DNA of 64,000 bases, taken from Leifsonia sp. SCN 70-46 (GTDB lineage: Bacteria > Actinomycetota > Actinomycetes > Actinomycetales > Microbacteriaceae). Under the pieces are notes generated by a model. The model searched no databases and was not told the DNA's origin. It was given only the letters and a program-made list of their open reading frames with translations. A program made the translations under genes and the position numbers. Location of the stretch: assembly GCA_001725325.1 (NCBI GenBank), contig MEFY01000002.1:621559-685558 (forward strand), written 5' to 3'. Shown piece by piece: positions 17,821 through 26,992 of the stretch. Each line of letters starts with the position of its first letter. Position 1 is the stretch's first letter.

Positions 17821-19617
17821 TTACTCCGCCTCGACCTTGCTCTCGGTCCACTTGCGGCGGGCGATGAAGAGGCCGCCGATACCGATGAAGACCATTCCGC
17901 CCGCGAGGCCCAGCTGCCCGATCGAGCCGGAGCCCGTGTAGGCGAGCGTCTCGAGCTCACAGCCGATGTTCGCTGCCGCGAACTTCAGGACCTTGGGGTT
18001 CGTCCACGAGGGGTCGAGGCCGTTCTTCGGGTCCGTGGGGGTCGCGACGAGCGTGATGTCGCCCGCGGTCGTGACCTTGTACGTGCCGGCCGCGGCGGGG
18101 GCGCCGTTGACGGTCCACGTGATCGTGCCGGGGGTGACGGCGCCGATCGTGTACGTGCCCGCGGTGGTGCAGGTGGCCGGCGTGCTCGAGACCACCGGGG
18201 TCACGACGGCGAGCGTGGGCGGGTCGCACTTCGAGTTGTCCTGCACGAAGAACGTCCAGGCCCGCGATGCGGTCGGCTGCAGCTCGTAGCCCGCGGCCGC
18301 CACGGCGGTCACGATGTACTTGCCGGCATCCACCTGCGTGTACTGGGCGGTGGGCGTCGTCACGACGTTGGTGACTGCGTTGGTGATCGTGTAGACGACG
18401 CGCGGGTCGATCGCGACCTGGATCCAGCTCGTGAGCGTCGTGTTCGGGTCGGTGATGAAGCACTGCGACGCGCTCGGATCGGTGCTGACCTGCACACCGC
18501 ACTCGGAGCTGACCTCGGCGGGCGTGAGCGGGCGGTGCGTCACGACGGGCGCACCCTTCACCTCGGGCTGCTCGACCCACTCGAGCTTCGCGGTGTCGAA
18601 GACGTAGTCGGTCGTGTATGTGGTCGTCGTGACCGTCGCGTCGTGCGCCGTGCAGTCGTAGACCGCCGTCGACTCGCCGCGCTGCTTGGGGTCGGGCTTG
18701 ACGTACGGCGGGCACGGGTTGGCGCTGAGGTCGAAGGATGCCCCGTCAGCAGTCACCTGGTAGGTGGCGCCCGCGGCTGCCACGTTCGGCAGGTCGACGG
18801 TCACGCTCTTCCCGGCCGGAACCGTGGTGTCGTACGCGGGGTAGCCCACGACCTGGAACAGCACAGCCTTGTTGCTCGCGGTGTTGTCGAAGGTGATCGA
18901 GAAGGTGCGGTCGGCGGCGGTGCCGTGGGCCGTGTAGACGCACTGGCCGACGACGGCGACCGGGCGCGGCTTCACGTTGCAGTCGTAGGAGACCCCGACG
19001 TTGCCCGTGAAGGTGATGACCTGGTCGGCGTCGCCCTTGAAGTAGTAGCCACTCGCGGGGGTCGCGGTGACGGTGTAGTCGCCCGTCTTGGGGTCGAAGG
19101 CCGTGGCGTACACGACGCCCTCGGTCGTCTTCGCCGTGACGGAGCCCTGCGTGCCGCAGTCGGTCACCTTGACGATGTCGGGGGCGACGGGGGTCGCCTC
19201 CTTGGGGCCGCAGCCCGCGGGGAACGACGAGAAGGTGAGGTTCTGGCTGTTCGAGGGGGCGTTGTTGGCCGACTTGAACCACGTGACCGTGATCGCCAGG
19301 TTCACCGACGCGTTGCTCGTGACGTGCTGCACGTACGTCGTCGGGATCGACTTCGTCTTGTCGGCGTTGTAGTAGTTCGGGTTTGCGGGGAGAACGGTGC
19401 CGACGGGCACCGCCGCGTTGTTGGACGCGGTCACCTTGCCCTCGAAGTTCTCCGAGTTCATGACCGACCAGGTCACGTCCCAGCCGCCGTCGGTGGTGCA
19501 GGCGGCCGACGCGGTGAGGTCGGTGTGGTGGGCGGATGCGGGGGCGGCCACCGCCACGATGGCGAGGCCACCGGCGATGAGCAGGGCAGAGGCCACTGCG
19601 AGGAACTTCTTGAACAC
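17821..19617 (-). CDS. Secreted cell-wall-anchored surface protein with an LAYTG sorting signal
   Basis: 598 aa starting from a GTG preceded by AGGAGA. The signal peptide is FKKFLAVASALLIAGGLAIVAVAAPASA-HH. The C-terminus has LAYTG, a hydrophobic helix and an RRK tail. The mature part contains 12 cysteines. Confidence 0.8.
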   Translation of the reverse strand: MFKKFLAVASALLIAGGLAIVAVAAPASAHHTDLTASAACTTDGGWDVTWSVMNSENFEGKVTASNNAAVPVGTVLPANPNYYNADKTKSIPTTYVQHVTSNASVNLAITVTWFKSANNAPSNSQNLTFSSFPAGCGPKEATPVAPDIVKVTDCGTQGSVTAKTTEGVVYATAFDPKTGDYTVTATPASGYYFKGDADQVITFTGNVGVSYDCNVKPRPVAVVGQCVYTAHGTAADRTFSITFDNTASNKAVLFQVVGYPAYDTTVPAGKSVTVDLPNVAAAGATYQVTADGASFDLSANPCPPYVKPDPKQRGESTAVYDCTAHDATVTTTTYTTDYVFDTAKLEWVEQPEVKGAPVVTHRPLTPAEVSSECGVQVSTDPSASQCFITDPNTTLTSWIQVAIDPRVVYTITNAVTNVVTTPTAQYTQVDAGKYIVTAVAAAGYELQPTASRAWTFFVQDNSKCDPPTLAVVTPVVSSTPATCTTAGTYTIGAVTPGTITWTVNGAPAAAGTYKVTTAGDITLVATPTDPKNGLDPSWTNPKVLKFAAANIGCELETLAYTGSGSIGQLGLAGGMVFIGIGGLFIARRKWTESKVEAE

Positions 19618-19768
19618 GGTCGATCTCCTGGTGATGGGAGTTCGGGCACGGCCGTATGACGCTCGCGGTTTCGGGCCACGATCGTTTACTCGGGTACTCG
19701 ACTGCACCGTTTCGGATCTCAGGCCGGGTTTCGGGCTCGGCAGGAGCGGCGCTAGTTCAGGTTAGGGG

Positions 19769-19822
19769 GTCCCCCCAAATGCGGACAAAACCCCAATAAG
19801 GGGGGTCCGCACTTTGGGGGAC
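19769..19822 (-). terminator. Long imperfect hairpin 9 nt downstream of the serine-hydrolase gene
   Basis: The 18-nt arms GTCCCCCCAAATGCGGAC / GTCCGCACTTTGGGGGAC pair at 16 of 18 positions. They enclose an inner CCCC-AATAA-GGGG hairpin. Confidence 0.55.
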
Positions 19823-19831
19823 TGTACCCCG

Positions 19832-20740
19832 TCAGTGCACGTACTCCAGGAGGTCGAACCCGACGGTGCGCATGGCCTCGAGCACGCGCATCCTCGCGGC
19901 AAGGCCGTCATCGTTGAACTGCACGGACACCGCGTACGACACCGCGCGCCTGCCGCCCCTCAGGGCGCCGGCCTCCGCTCGTACCCCGGTGTCGGTGCCC
20001 GTCTTGTTCACGAGCAGGGTGGAGTGGTCGGCGCCGCGGTGCGAGAGGGGGTCGAGCCCGAAGGCGCTCGCGACCATGGAGAGGTCGCTGTTGAGCGAGA
20101 GCCAGCCCATGACGCGCTGGCTCGTGAGGGGGTCGACTATCTCGTTGCGGGCGAGCGCGCCGAACAGCCAGCTCAGCTCCGCGGTCGATCCGACGGAGAG
20201 CTGCGGCGCGTCATCCGGGCCCCTGCTGTCGCGCACGAGGTCGAGCAGCGCCGTGCGCATGAGGCCGAGCGACTCCGTGCGCTGGCGCACCGCCGCGAGG
20301 CCCACCTGGCGCAGCAGCACGTTGGTCGCGAGGTTGTCGCTCGTCGAGCCCACGAGGGTCGCGAGGTCGGCGACCGGCAGCGACGGCGCCTGCAGGTGCT
20401 GCCAGATGCCCGAGTCGCCGACGGCGTCGCGCGGCGTCTTGTCGAGGATGCCGAACCCCGAGAAGTCGCGCGACGTGAGCCGCGCCGACACCTCGATGAG
20501 CAGCAGGATCTTGCCGATGCTCGCGGTCGGCAGCACGATCCTGTCGTCGATCGCGAGGAGCGTCTTGCCCGAGTTCAGGTCGACGGCGCTGGCCGAGACC
20601 TGGGCCCCCTCGTACGCGAGCTTTCCGAGCGCGGTGAACGTGCTCGAGAAGTTGGCGACTTCTCCAGCTCCAACGTGACGGGGGACCCGGGGGGTCTTGA
20701 CCCTCTCGCTGCGTTCACGGATGCGGACGGGATCTACCAA
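19832..20740 (-). CDS. Class A beta-lactamase-fold serine hydrolase with no signal peptide
   Basis: It carries SIGK (SxxK), SDN and KTG motifs in the canonical order. The start is uncertain, because the longest ORF overlaps the pepO stop by 7 nt. Confidence 0.75.
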   Translation of the reverse strand: MVDPVRIRERSERVKTPRVPRHVGAGEVANFSSTFTALGKLAYEGAQVSASAVDLNSGKTLLAIDDRIVLPTASIGKILLLIEVSARLTSRDFSGFGILDKTPRDAVGDSGIWQHLQAPSLPVADLATLVGSTSDNLATNVLLRQVGLAAVRQRTESLGLMRTALLDLVRDSRGPDDAPQLSVGSTAELSWLFGALARNEIVDPLTSQRVMGWLSLNSDLSMVASAFGLDPLSHRGADHSTLLVNKTGTDTGVRAEAGALRGGRRAVSYAVSVQFNDDGLAARMRVLEAMRTVGFDLLEYVH

Positions 20741-22689
20741 ATGGTGACGCGTTCTTTCGGGTCGAGCCAGAGTGAGTCAGATTCGGTCACCCCAAATGTC
20801 TCATAGAACTCGTCGATGTTGCGCACGATCTGGTTGCAGCGGAACTCGTTGGGCGAGTGCGGGTCGATGGAGATGAGGCGGATGACCTCCTCGTCGCGGG
20901 CCTTGAGCTGCCAGGCCTGCGCCCACGACAGGAAGAACCGCTGTGCGCCCGTGAGGCCGTCGATGACGGGCGGCTCCTCGCCGGCGAGGGAGAGCAGGTA
21001 CGCCTTCCACGCGATCGAGAGCCCGCCGAGGTCGCCGATGTTCTCGCCGATCGTGAGGGCGCCGTTGACGTGGTGGTCGGGCACCTGCCGCGGCGCGAGA
21101 GCGTCGTACTGCGCGATGAGCGACTTGGTCCGCTCCTCGAACGCGGCACGGTCGGCGGGCGTCCACCAGTCGGTGAGGCGCCCGTCGCCGTCGTACTTCG
21201 AGCCCTGGTCGTCGAACCCGTGCCCGATCTCGTGGCCGATCACGGCGCCGATCGCCCCGTAGTTGGCCGCGGCGTCGCGCGTCTCGTCGAAGAACGGGAA
21301 CTGCAGGATGGCCGCCGGGAAGACGATCTCGTTGAAGCCGGGGTTGTAGTACGCGTTGATCGTCTGCGGCGTCATGAACCACTCGTCGCGGTCGAGCGGC
21401 TTGCCGATCTTGCCGAGCTCGCGCTGGAACTCGAACTCGCTCGTCGCGCGCACGTTGCCGATGAGGTCGGTCGCATCGATCGCGAGCGAGGAGTAGTCCC
21501 GCCACTTCACGGGGTAGCCGATCTTGGGCGTGAACTTGTCGAGCTTGTCGAGCGCGCGCGTCTTCGTGTCGGCGGTCATCCAGTCCAGGCCGGTTATCGA
21601 CTGGCGGTACGCCTCGACGAGGTTGGCGACGAGCACGTCCATCGCCGTCTTGGCGGCGTCGGGGAAGTGCCGCTCGACGTAGATGCGGCCCACGGCCTCA
21701 CCGAGCGCGCCCTCGACGAGCGAGACGCCGCGCTTCCAGCGGGCGCGCAGCTCGGGCGTGCCCGTGAGGGTCCTGCCGTAGAAGTCGAAGTTGGCGTCGA
21801 CGAAGTCCTGCGACAGGTAGGCGGCGTTCGAGCGGATGACCTGCCACGACAGCCAGTCGTTCCACGCGTCGAGGCGGTCGGCCGTGAGCACCGACTCGAG
21901 GCCCGACATGAAAGTGGGCTGGCGCACGACGACCTCGTCGAAGGAGCCCGCGGGCACGCCCAGGGCGCCGAGCCAGATGTCGAGGTCGACGTCGCCCACG
22001 AGCGCGTTCGCCGCGTCCCAACGCATCGGGTTGTAGGTCTTCTCGCTGTCGCGCGTCGCGACGTTGTCCCAGTGGTGCGAGGCGATCTCGGTCTCGAGCG
22101 CCACGATGCGGCCGGCACGCTCGGCCGCCTCGTCGAGGCCCGCGAGCGTGAGCATCCTCTCGAGGTAGGTCGCGTACTTCGCGCGGATCTCGGCGAACTT
22201 CTCCTCGCGGTAGTACGACTCGTCCGGCAGGCCGAGGCCGCCCTGCTCGACGAAGACGAGGTAGCGCTCGGGCTGGCCCGGGTCGTTGTCGACGAAGATC
22301 TGGAAGAAGCCGCTCGACCCGCCGCGCTCGAGGCGGCCGAGGGTCTCAAGCAGGGAGTCGATCGACGTGACCTTCGCGGCCTCGGCGAGCGCCGCCTGGA
22401 TGGGCTGCGCGCCGAGGGCGTTCACGCGCGCCTCGTCGAGGAAGCTCGCGTACAGGTCGCCGACCTTGCGGGCCTCGGTGCCGGGCTCCGCCGACTGCGA
22501 TTCGATGATGATGTCGCGCACGGCCTTCTCGGCCTCCTCCGCGAGGAGGTAGAACGAGCCGTAGCGCGCCTTGTCGCTCGGGATCTCGGTCCGTTCGATC
22601 CACTTGCCGTTGACGTGGCGGAACAGGTCGTCCTGCGGGCGGATGGAGGAGTCGAGCTCCCCCGCGGTGATTCCTGACGTGAGGCTCAT
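20734..22689 (-). CDS. pepO: M13 family zinc metallopeptidase (PepO / endothelin-converting-enzyme-like)
   Basis: 651 aa with VIGHEIGHGFD (HExxH), GENIGDLGG and an N-terminal NGKW motif. No obvious signal peptide. Confidence 0.9.
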   Translation of the reverse strand: MSLTSGITAGELDSSIRPQDDLFRHVNGKWIERTEIPSDKARYGSFYLLAEEAEKAVRDIIIESQSAEPGTEARKVGDLYASFLDEARVNALGAQPIQAALAEAAKVTSIDSLLETLGRLERGGSSGFFQIFVDNDPGQPERYLVFVEQGGLGLPDESYYREEKFAEIRAKYATYLERMLTLAGLDEAAERAGRIVALETEIASHHWDNVATRDSEKTYNPMRWDAANALVGDVDLDIWLGALGVPAGSFDEVVVRQPTFMSGLESVLTADRLDAWNDWLSWQVIRSNAAYLSQDFVDANFDFYGRTLTGTPELRARWKRGVSLVEGALGEAVGRIYVERHFPDAAKTAMDVLVANLVEAYRQSITGLDWMTADTKTRALDKLDKFTPKIGYPVKWRDYSSLAIDATDLIGNVRATSEFEFQRELGKIGKPLDRDEWFMTPQTINAYYNPGFNEIVFPAAILQFPFFDETRDAAANYGAIGAVIGHEIGHGFDDQGSKYDGDGRLTDWWTPADRAAFEERTKSLIAQYDALAPRQVPDHHVNGALTIGENIGDLGGLSIAWKAYLLSLAGEEPPVIDGLTGAQRFFLSWAQAWQLKARDEEVIRLISIDPHSPNEFRCNQIVRNIDEFYETFGVTESDSLWLDPKERVTIW

Positions 22690-22733
22690 GCCGAAAGCCT
22701 AGTTCGGGGCCGTGGGCCGGCGCTCGCGGCGCG

Positions 22734-23789
22734 TCAGGCGCGGCGGGCGGTCGTGTTGCCGAGCCGCAGCTCGCTCGTGAACGCACGCGGCTCGGGGGTG
22801 ACTCCCGCGAGCAGCTCGACGACCGCGGCTCCCGCCGCGCGTCCCTTCTCCACGGCCGGCTGCACGAGGGTCGTGAGCTCCCACGGCGCCGCACCCTCGA
22901 TGCGCACGCCGTCGAAGCCGACGACGCTCAGCTCCTCGGGCACCCGGATGCCCAGCTCCTCGGCGGCGCGCACGACGCCGAGCGCGAGCAGGTCGCTCTG
23001 CGCGATGACCGCCGTGGGCCTGCTGCCGCGCAGCAGCTCGCGGCCCGCGATCATCCCCTCCTCCACCGAGCTTCCTGCGGCGACGACCCCTCCCGCGTCG
23101 GGGAAGACCTGCCGCGCCCCGCGGATGCGCTCCTTGGCCGTGAAGGCGGTCGAGGCCGCGAGGCGCTCCTCCGTGAGGGCGCCGCGCGCGTGCGAGGGCT
23201 CGAGCGGGAGAGTGACGAGGGCGACGTCGGCGTGGCCGAGATCGCGCAGGTGACGGGCGGCGCGCGCCGTCGCATCCGCGTTGTCCAGGTCGATCGAGAG
23301 CACGTCGGCCATGGGCTCGGCCTCGATCGCCACGACGGGGATGCCCCGCTGGTGCAAGACCACTACCGCCTTGTCGAGCTGGGTGCTGCAGCCCACGAGC
23401 ACCACGGCGTCCACGGGGGCGAGCGAGAGCCCGGCGCCGCCGCTGCCGGGCTCGGTGAGCAGGAGCAGCCCGAGCCCCGCAGGACCGAGCTCGTCGGCGA
23501 GGCCGTCGAGCATGGCGATGTTCATGGGGTCGCGGAACGCCTCGCGCAGCCTGTCCTCCATGACGACGCCGACGATGCCCGAGCGCCCTCGGCGCAGCGA
23601 CTGGGCCCGGGGATCCGGCCCGCCGTAGTCGAGCGCGCGAGCGGCCTCGAGCACGCGCGCGCGCGTGGACTCCGACACCGGGCCGGCTCCGCTGAACGCG
23701 AGCGACGCCGTCGACGGGGACACACCGGCGCGCGCCGCGACGGCGGCGAGGGTAGGTCTCGCTGGCCTGTCGCTTGCTCCGGCATCCAT
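22734..23789 (-). CDS. LacI family transcriptional regulator
   Basis: 351 aa with the N-terminal helix-turn-helix TLAAVAARAGVSPSTASLAFSG and a periplasmic-binding-protein-like core. Confidence 0.9.
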   Translation of the reverse strand: MDAGASDRPARPTLAAVAARAGVSPSTASLAFSGAGPVSESTRARVLEAARALDYGGPDPRAQSLRRGRSGIVGVVMEDRLREAFRDPMNIAMLDGLADELGPAGLGLLLLTEPGSGGAGLSLAPVDAVVLVGCSTQLDKAVVVLHQRGIPVVAIEAEPMADVLSIDLDNADATARAARHLRDLGHADVALVTLPLEPSHARGALTEERLAASTAFTAKERIRGARQVFPDAGGVVAAGSSVEEGMIAGRELLRGSRPTAVIAQSDLLALGVVRAAEELGIRVPEELSVVGFDGVRIEGAAPWELTTLVQPAVEKGRAAGAAVVELLAGVTPEPRAFTSELRLGNTTARRA

Positions 23790-23803
23790 GGCGCTGTAGC
23801 TTA

Positions 23804-23833
23804 GTCGAATCGAATCGATCGAATCGATTCGAC
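23804..23833. promoter_or_regulatory. Candidate LacI operator made of TCGA-rich palindromes
   Basis: A perfect 14-bp palindrome TCGAATCGATTCGA lies at 23819-23832. The 10-bp inverted arms GTCGAATCGA / TCGATTCGAC lie at 23804-23813 and 23824-23833. Both are in the 63-nt divergent spacer. Confidence 0.5.
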
Positions 23834-23852
23834 ATCGACGTCAAGGAACCTC

Positions 23853-25097
23853 ATGAGCACTGCCGCAGCCCTCACGCGCCCCCAGATCACCGCCTGGCGC
23901 AACGCCGTCTTCGCGATATTCGTGCTGCCCGGCATCGCGATCTCGAGCTGGGTCGCGCGCCTGCCCGCCGCGCGCGACGCCCTCGAGGTGGGGCCGGCCC
24001 AGGTCGGCTTCCTCATCTTCGGCATCGCCGCGGGCTCGATCGTGGGCCTCGTGGCGTCGAGCCACATCGTCGCGCGCTTCGGCGCCCGCAACACGACCGC
24101 CGTGGGCATGATCGTCAACGCCGTGGGCCTCGCGGTCGCGGGCATCGGCGCGACCATGCCGAACTTCGCCGTGGCCTTCGCGGGCCTCCTCATCTTCGGC
24201 GCCGCCGCGGGCTGCACGGATGTGGCGATGAACATCTCCGGCGCCGCCAACGAGCGCGCGCTCGGTCGCGCGATCATGCCCGTGTTCCACGCCTTCTTCA
24301 GCTTCGGCACCATGCTCGGCGCAGGAATCGGCGCGCTCGCCGAGCTGCTCGCCATCCCCATCGCCGTGCACCTCGCGGTCATGGCCGGGATCATGGTGCT
24401 CGGCACGATCCTCGCGCGCCCCTTCCTGCAGGATGAGCACCTCGTGGGCGACGACGGCGAGCCCGCCGACCACGGCTCGTCGACCTGGCGCGACCGGCTC
24501 GCCATCTGGAAAGACCCGCGCACGCTGCTCATCGGGGTGCTCGTGCTCGGCGCCGCCTTCGCCGAGGGCTCCGCCAACGACTGGCTCGCGATCGCCATGG
24601 TCGACGGCCACGACGTGAGCAACGCGACGGGCGCCCTCGTCTTCGGCATCTTCGTGACGGCCATGACCGTGGGCCGCCTCACGGGCGTGTTCCTGCTCGA
24701 CAGGTTCGGCCGCGTGCCCGTGCTGCGCGGATCGTTCCTGCTCGCGTCGATCGGCCTGCTCATCGTCATCTTCGTGCCCAACGAGTACGTCGCCATGGGC
24801 GGCGCCGTGCTGTGGGGCCTCGGCGCCGCGCTCGGCTTCCCCGTCGGCATGTCCGCGGCGGCCGACGACGCCCGCACCGCCGCCGCGCGCGTGAGCGCCG
24901 TCGCGACGATCGGCTACTTCGCGTTCCTCGTCGGACCGCCCGTCATCGGCCTCATCGGCGAGCACACGGGCGTGCTGCACGCCCTGCTCGTCGTGCTCGT
25001 GCTCACCGCGATCGGCTCGATCGTGGCGGGCGGCGCGCGCGAGCCCAAGAAGACGTCCGCGGCGCCGGTCGACACATTCGCCGACCCGCAGTCCTAG
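23853..25097 (+). CDS. MFS transporter (paralog 1)
   Basis: 414 aa with about 12 TM segments and an AAGGAA ribosome-binding site. It is clearly paralogous to the next gene (e.g. AARVSAVATIGYFAFLVGPPVIGLIGE versus AARVSAVAAVASIAFLSGPSIIGLLGE). Confidence 0.85.
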   Translation: MSTAAALTRPQITAWRNAVFAIFVLPGIAISSWVARLPAARDALEVGPAQVGFLIFGIAAGSIVGLVASSHIVARFGARNTTAVGMIVNAVGLAVAGIGATMPNFAVAFAGLLIFGAAAGCTDVAMNISGAANERALGRAIMPVFHAFFSFGTMLGAGIGALAELLAIPIAVHLAVMAGIMVLGTILARPFLQDEHLVGDDGEPADHGSSTWRDRLAIWKDPRTLLIGVLVLGAAFAEGSANDWLAIAMVDGHDVSNATGALVFGIFVTAMTVGRLTGVFLLDRFGRVPVLRGSFLLASIGLLIVIFVPNEYVAMGGAVLWGLGAALGFPVGMSAAADDARTAAARVSAVATIGYFAFLVGPPVIGLIGEHTGVLHALLVVLVLTAIGSIVAGGAREPKKTSAAPVDTFADPQS

Positions 25098-25132
25098 TCT
25101 GAGCGGATGCCCGTCGACAACCCCCTGCCCCG

Positions 25133-26287
25133 ATGACCCGCTGGCGCGCCGCCGTCTTCCTGCTGTTCCTCTTCAACGGCATCGGCACGGGAACCTGGGC
25201 CTCGCGCACGCCCGCGATCGCGGACGGCCTCGGCATCGGGGTCATCCACATGGGCGGGCTCATCACGGGGATGCCCATGGGGTCGATCCTCGCGATCCTC
25301 GTGTCGAGCCATGTGCTGCACGCGCTCGGGGTGCGGTGGACGATGCGCCTCGCGCTCGGCGTGTCGGCCCTCGGGCTTGCGGGCGTGGGAGTCGCGGCGG
25401 GCATCCTCGGCAGCTACCCGCTCACGTTCGCGGCGTTCATCGTCTACGGCTTCGGCAACTCGCTCGCCAACACGGCGCTCAACGTCGAGGCCGCCGAGAT
25501 CGACCGCGAGGGCTCGCGCACCCTCCTGCCGCTGTTCCACGCGACGTGGTCGATCGGCACGTTCGCGGGCTCGGGCCTCGGCGCCCTTGCCGCGGGCGCC
25601 GGGCTCGCCCTCCCCGTGCACCTCGGGATGAGCGCGGCCCTGCTCGTCGTCGGCGCCGCCCTCTTCGTGTCGCTGCTGCCCGCCGTGCAGGTGGACGAGC
25701 CGCGCCACGCGCCCACGACGTTCGGGGAGCGCACGCGCGTGTGGCTCGAGCCGCGCACGCTGCTCATCGGCGTCATGGTGCTCGGCGCCGCCTTCACGGA
25801 GGGGACCGCGACGAACTGGCTCGCGCTCTCGATGACGGAGGACCGCGCGTTCACGCCGGAGGGGGCCGCGGGCATCCTCGCCCTCTTCACGGGCTCGATG
25901 ACCGTGGGGCGCATCGCGGGCGGCGGCGCCGTCGACAGGTTCGGCCGAGTCGCCGTGCTGCGCGCGTGCTTCGGGCTCGCGGCGGCGGGGGTGCTCATCG
26001 TCGTGCTCGTGCCGTCGGCGGTCGGGATCGGCGCGGGCGTCGTGCTGTGGGGGCTCGGCGCGAGCCTCGGATTCCCGCTCGGTGTGTCGGCCGCGGCCGA
26101 CGTGCCGCACAACGCCGCGGCGCGCGTGAGCGCCGTCGCCGCCGTCGCGTCGATCGCGTTCCTCTCGGGCCCGTCGATCATCGGCCTGCTCGGCGAGCGC
26201 GTGGGCCTGCTCGGCGCGTTCCTGCTCGTCGTCGCGCTGCTCGTCGTGGCGCTGTCGGTGTCGAGCGCCGCGAGGCGGCCCGCCTAG
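25133..26287 (+). CDS. MFS transporter (paralog 2)
   Basis: 384 aa with about 12 TM segments. It is a tandem paralog of the 23853..25097 gene. Confidence 0.85.
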   Translation: MTRWRAAVFLLFLFNGIGTGTWASRTPAIADGLGIGVIHMGGLITGMPMGSILAILVSSHVLHALGVRWTMRLALGVSALGLAGVGVAAGILGSYPLTFAAFIVYGFGNSLANTALNVEAAEIDREGSRTLLPLFHATWSIGTFAGSGLGALAAGAGLALPVHLGMSAALLVVGAALFVSLLPAVQVDEPRHAPTTFGERTRVWLEPRTLLIGVMVLGAAFTEGTATNWLALSMTEDRAFTPEGAAGILALFTGSMTVGRIAGGGAVDRFGRVAVLRACFGLAAAGVLIVVLVPSAVGIGAGVVLWGLGASLGFPLGVSAAADVPHNAAARVSAVAAVASIAFLSGPSIIGLLGERVGLLGAFLLVVALLVVALSVSSAARRPA

Positions 26288-26296
26288 GATCGTCGG

Positions 26297-26992
26297 GTGC
26301 GCCTTGTCATTGCGAAGTGTTCCGTCGACTACGCCGGACGGCTGAGCGCGCACCTGCCCCTCGCGACGCGACTGCTCCTCCTCAAGGCCGACGGCAGCGT
26401 GCTCGTGCACAGCGACTCGCTGAGCTACAAGCCGCTCAACTGGATGAGCCCGCCGTGCACGCTCACGGTCATGCAGCCCGACGACGAGCAGGCCGAGGCC
26501 GGGGTCGTCGAGCTGTGGCGCGTCGCCCAGGCCAAGACCGCCGACCTGCTCGTGATCTCGATCCACGAGATCCTGCACGATAGCGCCCATGAGCTCGGCA
26601 TCGATCCGGGGCTGCAGAAGGACGGCGTCGAGGCGCACCTGCAGAAGCTGCTGGCCGAGCAGATCGAGCTGCTCGGCGACGGGCACCGGCTCGTGCGGCG
26701 CGAGTACATGACGGCCATCGGGCCCGTCGACATCCTCGCGACCGACGCCGGGGGTGCGAGCGTCGCCGTCGAGATCAAGCGCCGCGGCGACATCGACGGT
26801 GTCGAGCAGCTCACGCGCTACCTCGAGCTCATGAACCGCGACCCGCTGCTCGCCCCCGTGACCGGCGTGTTCGCCGCGCAGGAGATCAAGCCGCAGGCGC
26901 GCACGCTCGCACAGGACCGCGGGATCCGCTGCCTCCTGCTCGACTACGACGCCATGCGCGGCCTCGACGACGCGGACAGCCGCCTGTTCTAG
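26297..26992 (+). CDS. nucS: Endonuclease NucS (EndoMS, non-canonical mismatch repair)
   Basis: 231 aa starting (V)[20 protein letters not shown], with the C-terminal nuclease motifs VEIKRRG and EQLTRYLE. Confidence 0.95.
   Translation: MRLVIAKCSVDYAGRLSAHLPLATRLLLLKADGSVLVHSDSLSYKPLNWMSPPCTLTVMQPDDEQAEAGVVELWRVAQAKTADLLVISIHEILHDSAHELGIDPGLQKDGVEAHLQKLLAEQIELLGDGHRLVRREYMTAIGPVDILATDAGGASVAVEIKRRGDIDGVEQLTRYLELMNRDPLLAPVTGVFAAQEIKPQARTLAQDRGIRCLLLDYDAMRGLDDADSRLF

Noticed and set aside
19769-19822. Possible 6C-type small RNA, suggested by the C-rich loops
   Set aside because: The C runs are base-paired in the most stable fold rather than exposed in two loops. The element starts 9 nt after a stop codon, so it is most simply a terminator hairpin.
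19832-20740. Calling the class A beta-lactamase-fold protein an antibiotic-resistance beta-lactamase
   Set aside because: No export signal is visible and the omega-loop Glu context could not be verified by eye. Many actinobacterial serine hydrolases share the three motifs without having beta-lactamase activity.
23804-23833. Short tandem TCGAA units as a CRISPR-like or microsatellite array
   Set aside because: It has only about five units of 4-5 nt and no spacer structure. It is better explained as an operator palindrome in a divergent promoter region.
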